Assembly: GCA_963720825.1 (NCBI GenBank)
Contig: CAVRGY010000006.1
Location: forward strand, 61,827-125,826
Length of the DNA stretch: 64,000 nt
Source of the DNA: an uncultured Chloroflexia bacterium
Lineage (GTDB): Bacteria > Chloroflexota > Limnocylindria > Limnocylindrales > CSP1-4
Direction of reading: 5' to 3'
The notes under the pieces were generated by a model, which was not told where the DNA came from, ran no database searches, and saw nothing but the letters and a program-made list of their open reading frames with translations. Numbering within the stretch: the stretch's first letter is position 1; each line of letters starts with the position of its first letter. A program made the position numbers and the translations under genes. Shown piece after piece: positions 45,081-54,900 of this stretch.

Positions 45081-46064
45081 ATGCGGCTCCACGCCTACCT
45101 CGACCGGTTCGGCGACGAGCGTTTCGGCGTGATCGTCAAGGGGCGCCTGCTCACCGGCTCGCAGCTCGAGAAGCGCGGCGGCCTCGGTCGCCGGCTCAAC
45201 ACCCACCTGGGCATCGGCTACCAGGTCCAGTTCGAGGATGACTGGCTGCGCCACGTGCGCCGGGCGGCGAAGCGCGCGCTGGCGGACGGGGCCCCGACGA
45301 TCAGCCTCGATGCGCGCCGGCCGATCGCGGCGATCAACGGGTCGGCGTTCGGGGGCAAGATCGTGTGCGTGGGGCTCAACTACGGCGCCCACGCGCCGGA
45401 AGGTGGCCGGACGGCGCGCGCGCAGCCGCTGCTGTTCTCCAAGTTCGGCAACGCCGTCGTGGGTGACGGGGATGCGATCGTCCGCCCGCCCGGCACGCAC
45501 GCGCTCGACATGGAGGTCGAGCTGGGCGTCCTCATCGGGCGCCGCGCCCGACGCGTGACGGCGACACAGGCCGCCGCCTGCATCGCGGGCTACCTCGTCG
45601 TCAACGACATGAGCGCGCGCGACTGGCAGGGCAACCCGCAGGCGCTGCGCGAGGGCCAGAAGGGCGACGGCCAGTGGCTGCGCGCAAAGGGCAGCGACAC
45701 CTTCCTGCCGGTCGGTCCGACGCTGGTCACCCCCGACGAGGCGGACCCGATGCGCGGCCTGCGCCTCCGGAGCTGGCGGATCCCCGGCAGCGGGCCGGAT
45801 GCCGGCAGGCGGGTGCCGATGCAGGACGGCAATACGGCCGACATGCTCTTTCCCGTACCCGACCTGATCAGCTATATCTCGATGCAGATCACGCTCGAGC
45901 CCGGCGACCTGATCGCGACCGGCACCCCGGCCGGCGTCGGCGTGTTCCGTGATCCGCCGGTGTTCCTGGAGCCCGGCGATCGCGTCCGATGCAAGATCGA
46001 CGGCATCGGCGCGGTGGACAACCCGATCGTCGACTGGACCGACGACCCTCGTCGCGACGACTGA
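45081..46064 (+). CDS. fumarylacetoacetate hydrolase (FAH) family protein
   Basis: Internal ATG (residue 61 of ORF 44901..46064). [51 protein letters not shown] and [13 protein letters not shown]. Confidence 0.85.
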   Translation: MRLHAYLDRFGDERFGVIVKGRLLTGSQLEKRGGLGRRLNTHLGIGYQVQFEDDWLRHVRRAAKRALADGAPTISLDARRPIAAINGSAFGGKIVCVGLNYGAHAPEGGRTARAQPLLFSKFGNAVVGDGDAIVRPPGTHALDMEVELGVLIGRRARRVTATQAAACIAGYLVVNDMSARDWQGNPQALREGQKGDGQWLRAKGSDTFLPVGPTLVTPDEADPMRGLRLRSWRIPGSGPDAGRRVPMQDGNTADMLFPVPDLISYISMQITLEPGDLIATGTPAGVGVFRDPPVFLEPGDRVRCKIDGIGAVDNPIVDWTDDPRRDD

Positions 46065-46098
46065 CCGCCACGCGACGGGGCCGCAGGCAGGAGATCCG

Positions 46099-47127
46099 AT
46101 GCTCGCCCTCGTCAAGACCAGCGCCGGCCCAGGACTGAGCCTGGAGACCGTGCCCGACCCGGCCATCGGCATCAACGACGTGCTGATCCGGGTCCGCCGG
46201 ACCGGGATCTGCGGCACGGACCTCCACATCGAGTCCTGGGACTCCTGGGCGGCGAAGACGATCAAGCCGCCGCTCGTCGTGGGCCACGAGTTCGTGGGCG
46301 AGATCGTCAAGATCGGCAGCAACGTCGCCGACTTCAAGCCCGGCGACATCGTGAGCGGCGAGGGGCACGTGACCTGCGGGCTGTGCCGCCACTGCATGGC
46401 GGGCCGCCGGCACCTGTGCGCCCACACGGTCGGCCTGGGCGTCGGCCGCGACGGGGCGTTCGCGGAGTACGTCGCGCTGCCGATGACCAACGTCTGGCAC
46501 CACTGGGCGGGTATCGACGAGGAGGTCGCCGCGATCTTCGACCCGTTCGGCAACGCCGTCCACACGGCGCTGGCGTTCCCGGTGCTGGGCGAGGACGTGC
46601 TGATCACGGGGGCCGGGCCGATCGGGCTGATGGCCACCGCGGTGGTACGCCACGCGGGTGCCCGGTTCGTCGTGGTGTCGGAGCCCAACCCCGCCAGGCG
46701 CGCCATCGCCGCCCGGATGGGCGCCACGGTCGTGGTGGACCCGGGCGAGCGTTCGCTGGCGGACGTCCAGCACGAGCTGGGCATGGTCGAGGGCTTCGAC
46801 GTCGCGCTCGAGATGTCGGGCAGCCCCGCGGCGCTGCGGAGCGCGGTCGACAACATGGCCCATGGCGGGTCGATCGCCATCCTCGGCATCCCGACCCAGG
46901 ACATCACGCTGGACGTCAACGAGATCGTGTTCAAGCTGCTGACCGTTCGCGGCATCTACGGCCGCGAGATGTACGAGACCTGGTACAAGATGACCGTGAT
47001 GCTCCAGTCGGGCCTCGACATCACACCCGCCATCACGCATCGATTCGGGTTCCGGGAGCACGAGGCCGCGTTCGCCGCGGCCCGGTCCGGCGATGCCGGC
47101 AAGGTCATCCTGGACTGGTCCGCATGA
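46099..47127 (+). CDS. tdh: L-threonine 3-dehydrogenase
   Basis: Collinear with E. coli Tdh over the whole length: [66 protein letters not shown] and GKVILDW. Confidence 0.93.
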   Translation: MLALVKTSAGPGLSLETVPDPAIGINDVLIRVRRTGICGTDLHIESWDSWAAKTIKPPLVVGHEFVGEIVKIGSNVADFKPGDIVSGEGHVTCGLCRHCMAGRRHLCAHTVGLGVGRDGAFAEYVALPMTNVWHHWAGIDEEVAAIFDPFGNAVHTALAFPVLGEDVLITGAGPIGLMATAVVRHAGARFVVVSEPNPARRAIAARMGATVVVDPGERSLADVQHELGMVEGFDVALEMSGSPAALRSAVDNMAHGGSIAILGIPTQDITLDVNEIVFKLLTVRGIYGREMYETWYKMTVMLQSGLDITPAITHRFGFREHEAAFAAARSGDAGKVILDWSA

Positions 47128-48374
47128 GCGTCGAGGAGGCACCCCCAATGGGCAGCGCATCCCGCCCCAATCCCCTCGCCTTCCTGGACGAGGAGCTGGC
47201 CGCCCTGCGCGAGCGGCACCTGTACCGGCCGCTGCGCGTGATGTCGTCCGCCCAGGGCCCGATCGTCTCGCTCGACGACCGCCGGGTGATCAGCCTGTCC
47301 TCGAACGACTACCTGGGGCTGTCGCATCACCCGCGGATGAAGCGGGCGGCGATCGAGGCCGTTGAGCAGCTCGGCGCGGGGTCCGGTGCGGTGCGCACGA
47401 TCGCGGGCACGATGACCATCCACGAGGCCCTCGAGTCCGAGCTCGCCGAGTTCAAGGGCGCCCAGGCCGTGCTCACCTTCCAGTCAGGGTTCACCGCCAA
47501 TACCGGGGTCATCCCGGTCATCACCGGCGAGACCGACCTGATCGTGTCCGACGAGCTCAACCATGCCTCGATCATCGACGGAATGCGGCTGTCGAAGGCG
47601 CCGCGCAAAGTGTTCCCTCACGCGAACCCGGGCGCCCTGCGCGAGGTGCTTCGCGAGGCGGTGGAGCAGGGCCGCGACGGCCACGGCGCGCCGTACCGGC
47701 TGATCCTGGTCGTCACCGACGGCGTGTTCAGCATGGACGGCGACATCGCGCCGCTGCCCGGGATCGTCGAGGCCGCCGAGGCCTACGGCGCGGCCGTGAT
47801 GGTCGACGATGCGCATGCATCGGGTGTCCTGGGCCGGGACGGCCGCGGGTCGGTCGATCACTTCGGCCTGCACGGGCGGGTCGCGGTCCAGGTTGGCACG
47901 CTGTCCAAGGCTGTCGGGGCGCTCGGCGGCTACGTCGCAGGCTCGCAGGCGCTGCGCGACATCCTCATCCAGCGTTCGCGGCCGTTCCTGTTCTCGACCA
48001 GCCATCCGCCGGCCGTCGCGGCAGCCTGCCGCGAGGCGATCCGGATCATGGTCGAGGAGCCCGAGCTGATCGAGCGGCTGTGGTCGAACACCCGCCGCTT
48101 CAAGGCCGAGCTGGCCCGGCTCGGGTTCGACATCGGCCGGTCGGAGACGCCGATCACGCCGATCATGCTGGGCGACTCGGAGACCACGATCCGGTTCAGC
48201 AACCGCCTGTTCGAGGAGGGCGTGTTCGGCACCTCGGTGGTGTTCCCGACCGTGGCCCTGGACAAGGCACGGATCCGGACCATCGTCACGGCGGCGCACA
48301 CCGACGACCTGCTCGACCAGGCCCTCGCCGCATTCGACCGCGTCGGCCACGAGCTGGGCGTGATCGGCGGGTGA
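47124..48374 (+). CDS. kbl: glycine C-acetyltransferase (2-amino-3-ketobutyrate CoA ligase)
   Basis: ATGA overlap with tdh. [60 protein letters not shown] and the PLP-lysine context TLSKA.G. Confidence 0.92.
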   Translation: MSVEEAPPMGSASRPNPLAFLDEELAALRERHLYRPLRVMSSAQGPIVSLDDRRVISLSSNDYLGLSHHPRMKRAAIEAVEQLGAGSGAVRTIAGTMTIHEALESELAEFKGAQAVLTFQSGFTANTGVIPVITGETDLIVSDELNHASIIDGMRLSKAPRKVFPHANPGALREVLREAVEQGRDGHGAPYRLILVVTDGVFSMDGDIAPLPGIVEAAEAYGAAVMVDDAHASGVLGRDGRGSVDHFGLHGRVAVQVGTLSKAVGALGGYVAGSQALRDILIQRSRPFLFSTSHPPAVAAACREAIRIMVEEPELIERLWSNTRRFKAELARLGFDIGRSETPITPIMLGDSETTIRFSNRLFEEGVFGTSVVFPTVALDKARIRTIVTAAHTDDLLDQALAAFDRVGHELGVIGG

Positions 48375-49309
48375 CGCGCGGGACGCCCATGCCCGGTCCG
48401 CACGCGGATACGCGGCCGCGCGCTGAGATCGAGCTCGAGGTGTTCCGCGCGGGCCTTGCTGCCGGGCTCGGGGAGTCGCACGACCTGCCGCTCGATTCCC
48501 ACCTCCACACCGTCCGGTCGCCGGACGCGAACGCGCAGCTCGACGCCTATGCGGCGCTGGCCGTCGACCGGGGCATCGCCGAGCTCGCGATCACCGACCA
48601 CGTCGACTTCGACCCCGGCATGCCCGCGTATGGGTTCGCCTCATTCGCGGACCGCGAGCGCGACGTGCGCGAGGCCGCCGTCCGGTGGGCGGATCGCGGG
48701 CTGGCGATCCGGTTCGGCGTCGAGGTCACGTACGAGCAACGGTACGAGGACGAGATTCGCGGCTGGCTGGCACGTCACCCGCACGACTTCGTCATCGGCA
48801 GCGTCCACGTCAGCGCCGACTCGCCGTACAAGGCGGGCCGCGTTGCGACGTTCGTGGCGGGACGTTCGCTGCCCGAGATCATCGCCCCCTACTTCGGCGA
48901 GGTCGTGGCTGCCGCGAAGTCCGGGTTGTTCGACACCATCGGCCACCTGGATTTCGTCAAGCGCTATCTCATCCCGCACGTGACGCCGGCCGACCTGGCC
49001 GCGGCGCCCGAGCTGTACGAGCGGGTGCTGGTGGCGCTCGTCGACAGCGGCACCGCCCTCGAGGTCAATGCGTCGGGCCTCCGCCAGCTGCCGCGCGAGA
49101 CGTATCCGTCTCCGGCGATCGTGGCGCGCTATCGCGCGCTCGGGGGCCGGCATGTGACCCTCGGGTCGGACGCCCACCGAACCGAGTGGTTCGCATACGG
49201 GTTGGACGAGGCGTACCGTCACGCGCAGGGCGCCGGTTTCGAGGCGATCGCGTTCCGGCGAGGCGGCGATCGCGTCGCGGTGGCGATGCCGGTACGTCGT
49301 TCGACCTAG
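48371..49309 (+). CDS. PHP-family phosphoesterase (histidinol-phosphatase HisJ-like)
   Basis: LDSHLHT, AITDHVDF, GVEV, GSVH, IGHLDF and GSDAH are metal-ligand motifs of the PHP fold. The start is either the GTG at 48371 (GTGA overlap with kbl) or the ATG at 48389. Confidence 0.75.
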   Translation: MTRGTPMPGPHADTRPRAEIELEVFRAGLAAGLGESHDLPLDSHLHTVRSPDANAQLDAYAALAVDRGIAELAITDHVDFDPGMPAYGFASFADRERDVREAAVRWADRGLAIRFGVEVTYEQRYEDEIRGWLARHPHDFVIGSVHVSADSPYKAGRVATFVAGRSLPEIIAPYFGEVVAAAKSGLFDTIGHLDFVKRYLIPHVTPADLAAAPELYERVLVALVDSGTALEVNASGLRQLPRETYPSPAIVARYRALGGRHVTLGSDAHRTEWFAYGLDEAYRHAQGAGFEAIAFRRGGDRVAVAMPVRRST

Positions 49310-49344
49310 GGCACGGGCCCTAACACGGGGGTCAGCTGATCGTT

Positions 49345-49932
49345 ATGACGGTCGACGACGAGGCGATCGAACGTCTCGTGGAAGCGGCACGAACGGGCGA
49401 CCCGGAGGCGTTTGGGGCGTTGTTCGACCACTACCACGCGCCGGTCTACCGCTACGTCGTTGCCCGCGTCGGCCGCCCGAGCGACGCGGAGGACCTGGCG
49501 CAGCTCGTCTTCGTCAAGGCCCTGGAGGCGCTGCCGCGATATGAGTCGCGGGGCGTCCCGTTTGGGGGCTGGCTGTTCCGGCTGGCCAGGAACGTCGTCA
49601 TCGACCACTTCCGGACGCGCCGGGAGCACACGACGCTCGACCTGATCGCCGAGCGTGCCCACGCGGACGGGGGGCCGGACGAGCTGGCGGTGCTCCGCCA
49701 GGAGATGGATAGCGTCGCGGTGGCGCTGCAGCGGCTGACGCCCGAGCAGCGCGAAGCGATCGAGCTGCGGTTCTTCGCGGGTCTGTCCGCCGGGGAGGCG
49801 GCGATCGCGATGGGCCGGCAGGAGGGTACGGTCCGGGGCCTCCAGTTCCGGGCGATCGCCGCCCTGCGCAGGGAGCTCGGGATCGAAGGAGGAGCAGATG
49901 ACCTGCTCCCGGCGTCGGGGACGCCGCGGTGA
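49345..49932 (+). CDS. ECF-type sigma-70 family RNA polymerase sigma factor
   Basis: 195 aa. Region 2 (FGALFDHYHAPVYRYV..AEDLAQLVFVKA..GWLFRLARNVVIDHFR). Region 4 (LTPEQREAIELRFFAGLSAGEAAIAMGRQEGTVRGLQFRA). Confidence 0.9.
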   Translation: MTVDDEAIERLVEAARTGDPEAFGALFDHYHAPVYRYVVARVGRPSDAEDLAQLVFVKALEALPRYESRGVPFGGWLFRLARNVVIDHFRTRREHTTLDLIAERAHADGGPDELAVLRQEMDSVAVALQRLTPEQREAIELRFFAGLSAGEAAIAMGRQEGTVRGLQFRAIAALRRELGIEGGADDLLPASGTPR

Positions 49933-50846
49933 ACGAGGACGGAATGCAGGACCTTGACGTCCGTGCTGGCGATGAGCTCGAACGGCAGCTGGCGCGATAC
50001 GCACGGGTGAGGCTGGACCCCGGCCCCGCGGTGGTGCGACGCGCCCGCGAGTCGGTGATGACCGAGGCCTGGCGGCAGCGCCTTGGGGCGCCCGAAGCGG
50101 CCCGCCCCGGCCGTCGCGGGCCGTTCGCGGGCTGGCCCGCCCGCCGCCTGGCCGTGTCGCTGGCGGCAGCGCTGCTCGCCGGCCTCCTGATCGGCTCGTC
50201 AGCCTTTGCCGCCTCGCGCGCCGGTGGGCCGCTATACGAGGCGCGGCTGACGCTGGACGCAATGACGCTGCCCAGCGACCCCGACGCGCGGCTCGAGGCC
50301 GAGCTGGCCCAGGCGCAGAGCCGGATCGCGGACGCGGTGGACGCCGCCGCCAGGCACGACGACGGCGCCCTTGCGGCCGCGCTCGCCGCGTACGGACGCT
50401 CCCTCGACGACCTGTCGGCAACGACCGGCGGTCCGGCCGATCGAGCCCTCCAGGCGGTGGAGTTCCATCGCACGGTGCTGCTGCGTCTCTCGGAGAGCGC
50501 ACCCAGCCAGGCGGTTCGTGGCATAACGAACGCCCTGGACCACAGCCAGGGTGCGATCGACAAGCTCGACGCAACCGTGGCCAATGGCAAGGACAACGGC
50601 GGCGGCGGCAACAGCGGCGGCAACAGCGGCGGCAACGGCGGCAGCGGCGGCGGCGGCAGCGGCGGCAACGGCGGCGGCGGCAACGGCGGCAACGGCAACG
50701 GCGGGCCGGCGGCAAGCCAGGACGCACAGGCCACGCCGACTCCGGAGCGGTCCCACGGACCGGTGCGGACGCCCGGCCCGGCCAGGTCGCCCAAGCCGGC
50801 CGCGTCGGTGGCCCCATCCGGCGAGCCGGGGGGCGGCAAACCCTAG
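49929..50846 (+). CDS. putative anti-sigma factor (single TM, DUF5667-like extracytoplasmic helical domain, Gly/Asn-rich and Pro-rich tail)
   Basis: GTGA overlap with the sigma gene. TM segment LAVSLAAALLAGLLIGSSAFA, then a helical region, then the GGN repeat. Confidence 0.65.
   Translation: MNEDGMQDLDVRAGDELERQLARYARVRLDPGPAVVRRARESVMTEAWRQRLGAPEAARPGRRGPFAGWPARRLAVSLAAALLAGLLIGSSAFAASRAGGPLYEARLTLDAMTLPSDPDARLEAELAQAQSRIADAVDAAARHDDGALAAALAAYGRSLDDLSATTGGPADRALQAVEFHRTVLLRLSESAPSQAVRGITNALDHSQGAIDKLDATVANGKDNGGGGNSGGNSGGNGGSGGGGSGGNGGGGNGGNGNGGPAASQDAQATPTPERSHGPVRTPGPARSPKPAASVAPSGEPGGGKP
50595..50705 (+). repeat. in-frame trinucleotide-type repeat (ggc/aac/agc) encoding NGGGGNSGGNSGGNGGSGGGGSGGNGGGGNGGNGNGG
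   Basis: Seen directly in the sequence and in the translation of ORF 49929..50846. Confidence 0.8.
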
Positions 50847-50946
50847 TCTGCGGTCGGCGACCACCATCGCCCGGCGCGCTGCGCCCCGGAACGGTACGCT
50901 GCAGTGCGGGACGCTGACGCTTCCCGTCGGGCAGTGGAGGCGGGCG

Positions 50947-51690
50947 ATGCGGCTCACGGTCATCGGCGCCGGCCCCGCCTACTCCGACCATGCAGGCTCG
51001 TCCGGTGCCTGCTATCTCGTGTCGGAGGGGGGAGCCCACGTCCTCCTCGACCTCGGGCACGGTTCGTTCTCCCGGATCTTCGCGTACATCCGGCCCACCG
51101 AGATCGATGCCGTGCTCGTGAGCCACCTCCACCCCGATCACTTCGTCGACCTGGTCCCGTTCCGACACTACCTGCGCTACCAGTTCGAGCCGCCCCGCCG
51201 GGTGCAGGTCATTGCGCCAGCGGGGCTCGCCAACAGGCTCGACGCCCTTCACGACGAGGACGGGTTCTGTGCCGAGGCGCTGGACGTCGTGGCGCTTCGC
51301 GAAGGCAGGCAGACCGTGGGGCCGTTCACGCTCGAGGCCGCCCGCGTCACGCATACCGCGGACAGCCACGCGTTCCGGCTCACAACCGCCGACGCGCCGG
51401 GTCTCGTCTACAGCGGGGACTGCGGCCGCGCGGACGACCTGGCACCACTCATCCGGCCCCGTGACACGCTCCTGACCGAGGTCTCGTTCGGCGCCGGACC
51501 CGTGCCTGCGGGCGCCCAGCACCTCGACGGCCCGGCGGTCGGTCGCGTGGCCGCGTCCACCGGCGCCGGCAGGGTGCTCCTGACGCATCTCCTGATGGGC
51601 CATGACCCGGACGCGACGATCGCGTCGGTCAGCGGCCAGTTCGTCGGACCCGTCGAGCTTGTCTGGCCGGGGATGCAGCTGGAGATCTGA
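50947..51690 (+). CDS. MBL-fold metallo-hydrolase
   Basis: Internal ATG (residue 133 of ORF 50551..51690). MRLTVIGAG, VLLDLGHG, VSHLHPDHFVD (HxHxDH) and a C-terminal LLTHL. Confidence 0.8.
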   Translation: MRLTVIGAGPAYSDHAGSSGACYLVSEGGAHVLLDLGHGSFSRIFAYIRPTEIDAVLVSHLHPDHFVDLVPFRHYLRYQFEPPRRVQVIAPAGLANRLDALHDEDGFCAEALDVVALREGRQTVGPFTLEAARVTHTADSHAFRLTTADAPGLVYSGDCGRADDLAPLIRPRDTLLTEVSFGAGPVPAGAQHLDGPAVGRVAASTGAGRVLLTHLLMGHDPDATIASVSGQFVGPVELVWPGMQLEI

Positions 51691-51704
51691 GGAACGACGA
51701 AAAC

Positions 51705-51734
51705 GGGCCGGATGCGCGGCTGCGCGTCCGGCCC
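51705..51734 (-). terminator. candidate intrinsic terminator (GGGCCGGA..UCCGGCCC hairpin followed by GUUUUCGU on the minus strand)
   Basis: 8-bp outer stem plus inner GCGC/GCGC pairs. The A-tract 51699-51704 gives a U-tract on the minus strand. Lies about 190 nt downstream of the surface-protein stop and 15 nt downstream of the MBL stop. Confidence 0.45.
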
Positions 51735-51920
51735 GGTCACTAATCGGGGACAGCGACGGGTGTGCGTGGTGTTGGCCCGGACCGGTCCGGCACCCGGTGA
51801 GGGGTGTCGGACGGGGCACACTCAGGCAAGTGCGCCCCGTCCGGGTCTCGGGGACCCGAGGTTCAGCGGCGGTACCCTCGGGCCGGCGGGATGCCGGCCC
51901 TCAGGTCACGTTCGGGGGAT

Positions 51921-54900
51921 CTACCCCCGGCGGTTCCGCCGGCGGGCCTTGGCGGGCGTCGGGACGAGAAGCCCCGCGACCACCATGAACCCGGCGAGGG
52001 CGGTGAACAGGAGCAGCAGGCCGTTGCTGGCCGGCGTCCCGGGCACCTGGTCGATCGTGGACGTCGGCGGAGGAGTGAGCTCCTCGACCTTGCCAACGGA
52101 GACGCTCGCGGTATCGCTGTCGGGCTCGGTCTGATCCGAGTCGATCGTGGCGGTGTTGACGAGCGGCTGGTCGAGATCGGCGGAGCCGACCGCGGCCTCG
52201 GCCTGGTAGGACACGGACCCGTCCTTGGTCACGTTCGAGGCCAGCCAGGTGAGCGTGCGGCTCGCGCTGTCATAGGACTCGAAGGTGAACTCGTCGTTGT
52301 CCGTGGCCGTGCCGGCCAGGTACGTGAGCCCCTCGGGCATCACGTCGGTGATGATCCCGTTGGTCACCGGGCCGTCGGTGAGGTCGTAGGTCAGCGTATA
52401 GGTGACCTGGTCGCCCTCGACGATCGGCGCGCCACCGGGCGAACCGGCCGTGATGGCCTTGGTGATGGTGAGCTGCGGGACCCGGACGACGGCGTCATCC
52501 GTGTCGCTGACCTGGCCCTCGACGTCGAGGACCGAGTTGGCGGTGACGGTGGCGACGTTCGTTCGAACACCGAAGTCAACCGGAAGGGTCGTGGTGCAGG
52601 TCATCGACGCGCCCGCGGCGAGCGTCGTCTCGGGGCACGTCACGGTGACGTCGTCCGAGGTGTCGCCCGGCGTGGCATTGTCGTCGACCAGCGCGATGTT
52701 CTCGAGGTCGGCCGTGCCCGTGTTGGTCACCACGTAGGTGAACAGCACGTCGCCCGGCTCGGTGACGTAGGTGGCGCCGTCCGCGGCGTTGCCCGCAGTC
52801 TTGACCAGGCTGATCGAGGCGCACTCGACGACGATCGTTGCATCGTCGCTGTTGTTGCCCATCGCCTGCTCCGCCTCGTTGGAGGCGGCGACAGTGGCGA
52901 GGTTCGGGAGGTTCCCGCAATCCTCGGTCGAGGTCTGGCCGCTGACCGTGACGCTGGCCTGATCGCCCTTGGCGAGGTCGCCGAAGTTGCAGGACAGGAC
53001 ACCGTTCGCGATCGAGCAGCTGTCGCTGTTCTCGGTCCAGCTGATGCCGGCCGGCAGCGTGTCGCTGACGGTGACGTCATAGGCAACGCCGTTGCCCTGG
53101 TTCCAGACCGTGATCGTGTACGACGCATCCTGGCCGGCCAGGATCGGGCTGTTGTCGGCGGTCTTGGCGATCGTGACATCGGGGCACAGGACGGTGATCT
53201 CCGAGGAGTCCTCGCCGCTGCCACCCTGGTACGTCACGGAGGCCGTGTTGTCGACCAGGCCGCAGCTCGCGGGTGTGGTCGCGCTGACGATGTGGACGGA
53301 GACGCTGGCCTTCGAGGCAAGCGTGGCCGGGCCATAGGACAGCACGCCGCTGGCGATGCTGAAGCCGGCGTCGGAGTGGGCCACGTCGATCGACCAGCCC
53401 AGGCCGCCATTGACCGGCAGCGTGTCGTTGACGCTCACGCCGAAGGCGGACCCTTCGCCCGTGTTGGTGACGGTGATCACGAACCCGATCGAGTCGGTCG
53501 CGTTGACCACCGGGTCATCGGCGGTCTTGGTGATGACGATCAGCGGGCAGTTGACCGTGATCGAGGCCGAGTCGCTGTTGTCCTCGGTGTCCTCGGACGG
53601 CTCGTTCGACGCAGTCGCCGACGCGGTGTTCGGAAGAATGCCGCAGTCAGCAGCCGTCGTCTCGCCGGAGACCGTCACGGTCCGGCTTGCGCCGGGGTTG
53701 ATGGTCGCGAAGTCGCACGACAGCACGCCGTCCGTGATCGAGCAGCTGTCGCTGTTGTCGGTCCAGTTGATGCCGGCCGGCAGCGTGTCGGTCAACAGGA
53801 CGTCGTCGGCCTTGCCGGCGCCGTTGTTGGTGACGGTGATCGTGTAGCTGGCCGTCTCACCGGCGTTGATCGGGCTGTTGTCAGCCGTCTTGGTGACGCT
53901 GATGTCGGGGCAGTTGACGACGATCGTGGCGTCGTCCGAGTTGTCCTGCGCGTCGGCTGCCGACTCGTTGGAGGCGGTCGCCGAGGCCAGGTTGTACACG
54001 TTGCCGCAGTTGTCGGCGGTCGTGGTGCCGGAGATCGTGACCGAGGCCGAGGCGCCCGAGGCCAGATCGCCGAAGTTGCAGGTAAGGATGCCGCTCGTGA
54101 TCGAGCAGCTATTGCTGTTCTCGTCCCAGCTGATGCCGGCCGGCAGCGTGTCGGTGAGCGTCACGCTCTTCGCGATGCCCGCGCCATCGTTGGTCACGGT
54201 GATCACGAAGCTCGCCGTCTCACCCGCGCTGATCGGGGTGTTCGCGGCCGTCTTGCTGACATGGATGTCGGGGCACAGGACGGTCACGCTGGCGTTCGCG
54301 GTGTTGGGCTGGCTTGCGGCCGGCTCGTTGGACGCGAACCCGGTCACGGTGTTCGGGACCACGCCGCACTCGGCGGGCGTCGAATTCCGGACCACGTGGA
54401 CCGTCGCGCTCGCGCCCGAGGCCAGGGTGGCGGGGCCGAACGTGAGGGATGAGCCGTTGAGCGACCAGCCGTTGGCCGCGCCGGCGATCGCCCAGCCCGA
54501 GCCGGGCAGGGTGTCGCTCGCCTGGGCGTCGTATGCGTCGCCCGGGCCGCTGTTGCTGATCGTGACGTCGAACCCGATCTGGTCACCGGCGCTGACCGGG
54601 CCGGCGGGGTTCGCCGACTTGGCAACGTGGATGTCCGGACACTGGATCGTGACGTCGGCGCTGGCCTCATCAGATCCGTCATTGGTCGTGGTCACGGTCG
54701 CCGTGTTGTGCACGAGACCGCAATCCTCGGCCGTCGACGTCGCGGTGACGTGGACGGCGGACGAGGCGCCGGCCGCCATCGACGCGGCGGAGAAGCTCAA
54801 CTGGTTGCCGATGAGGGTCCAGCCGGTGACGGGCGCCGCGAGCGACCACGTGAACGCGGGGTTCAGGCTGTCGCCGGCCGACACGCCGGAGGCGGTGCCC

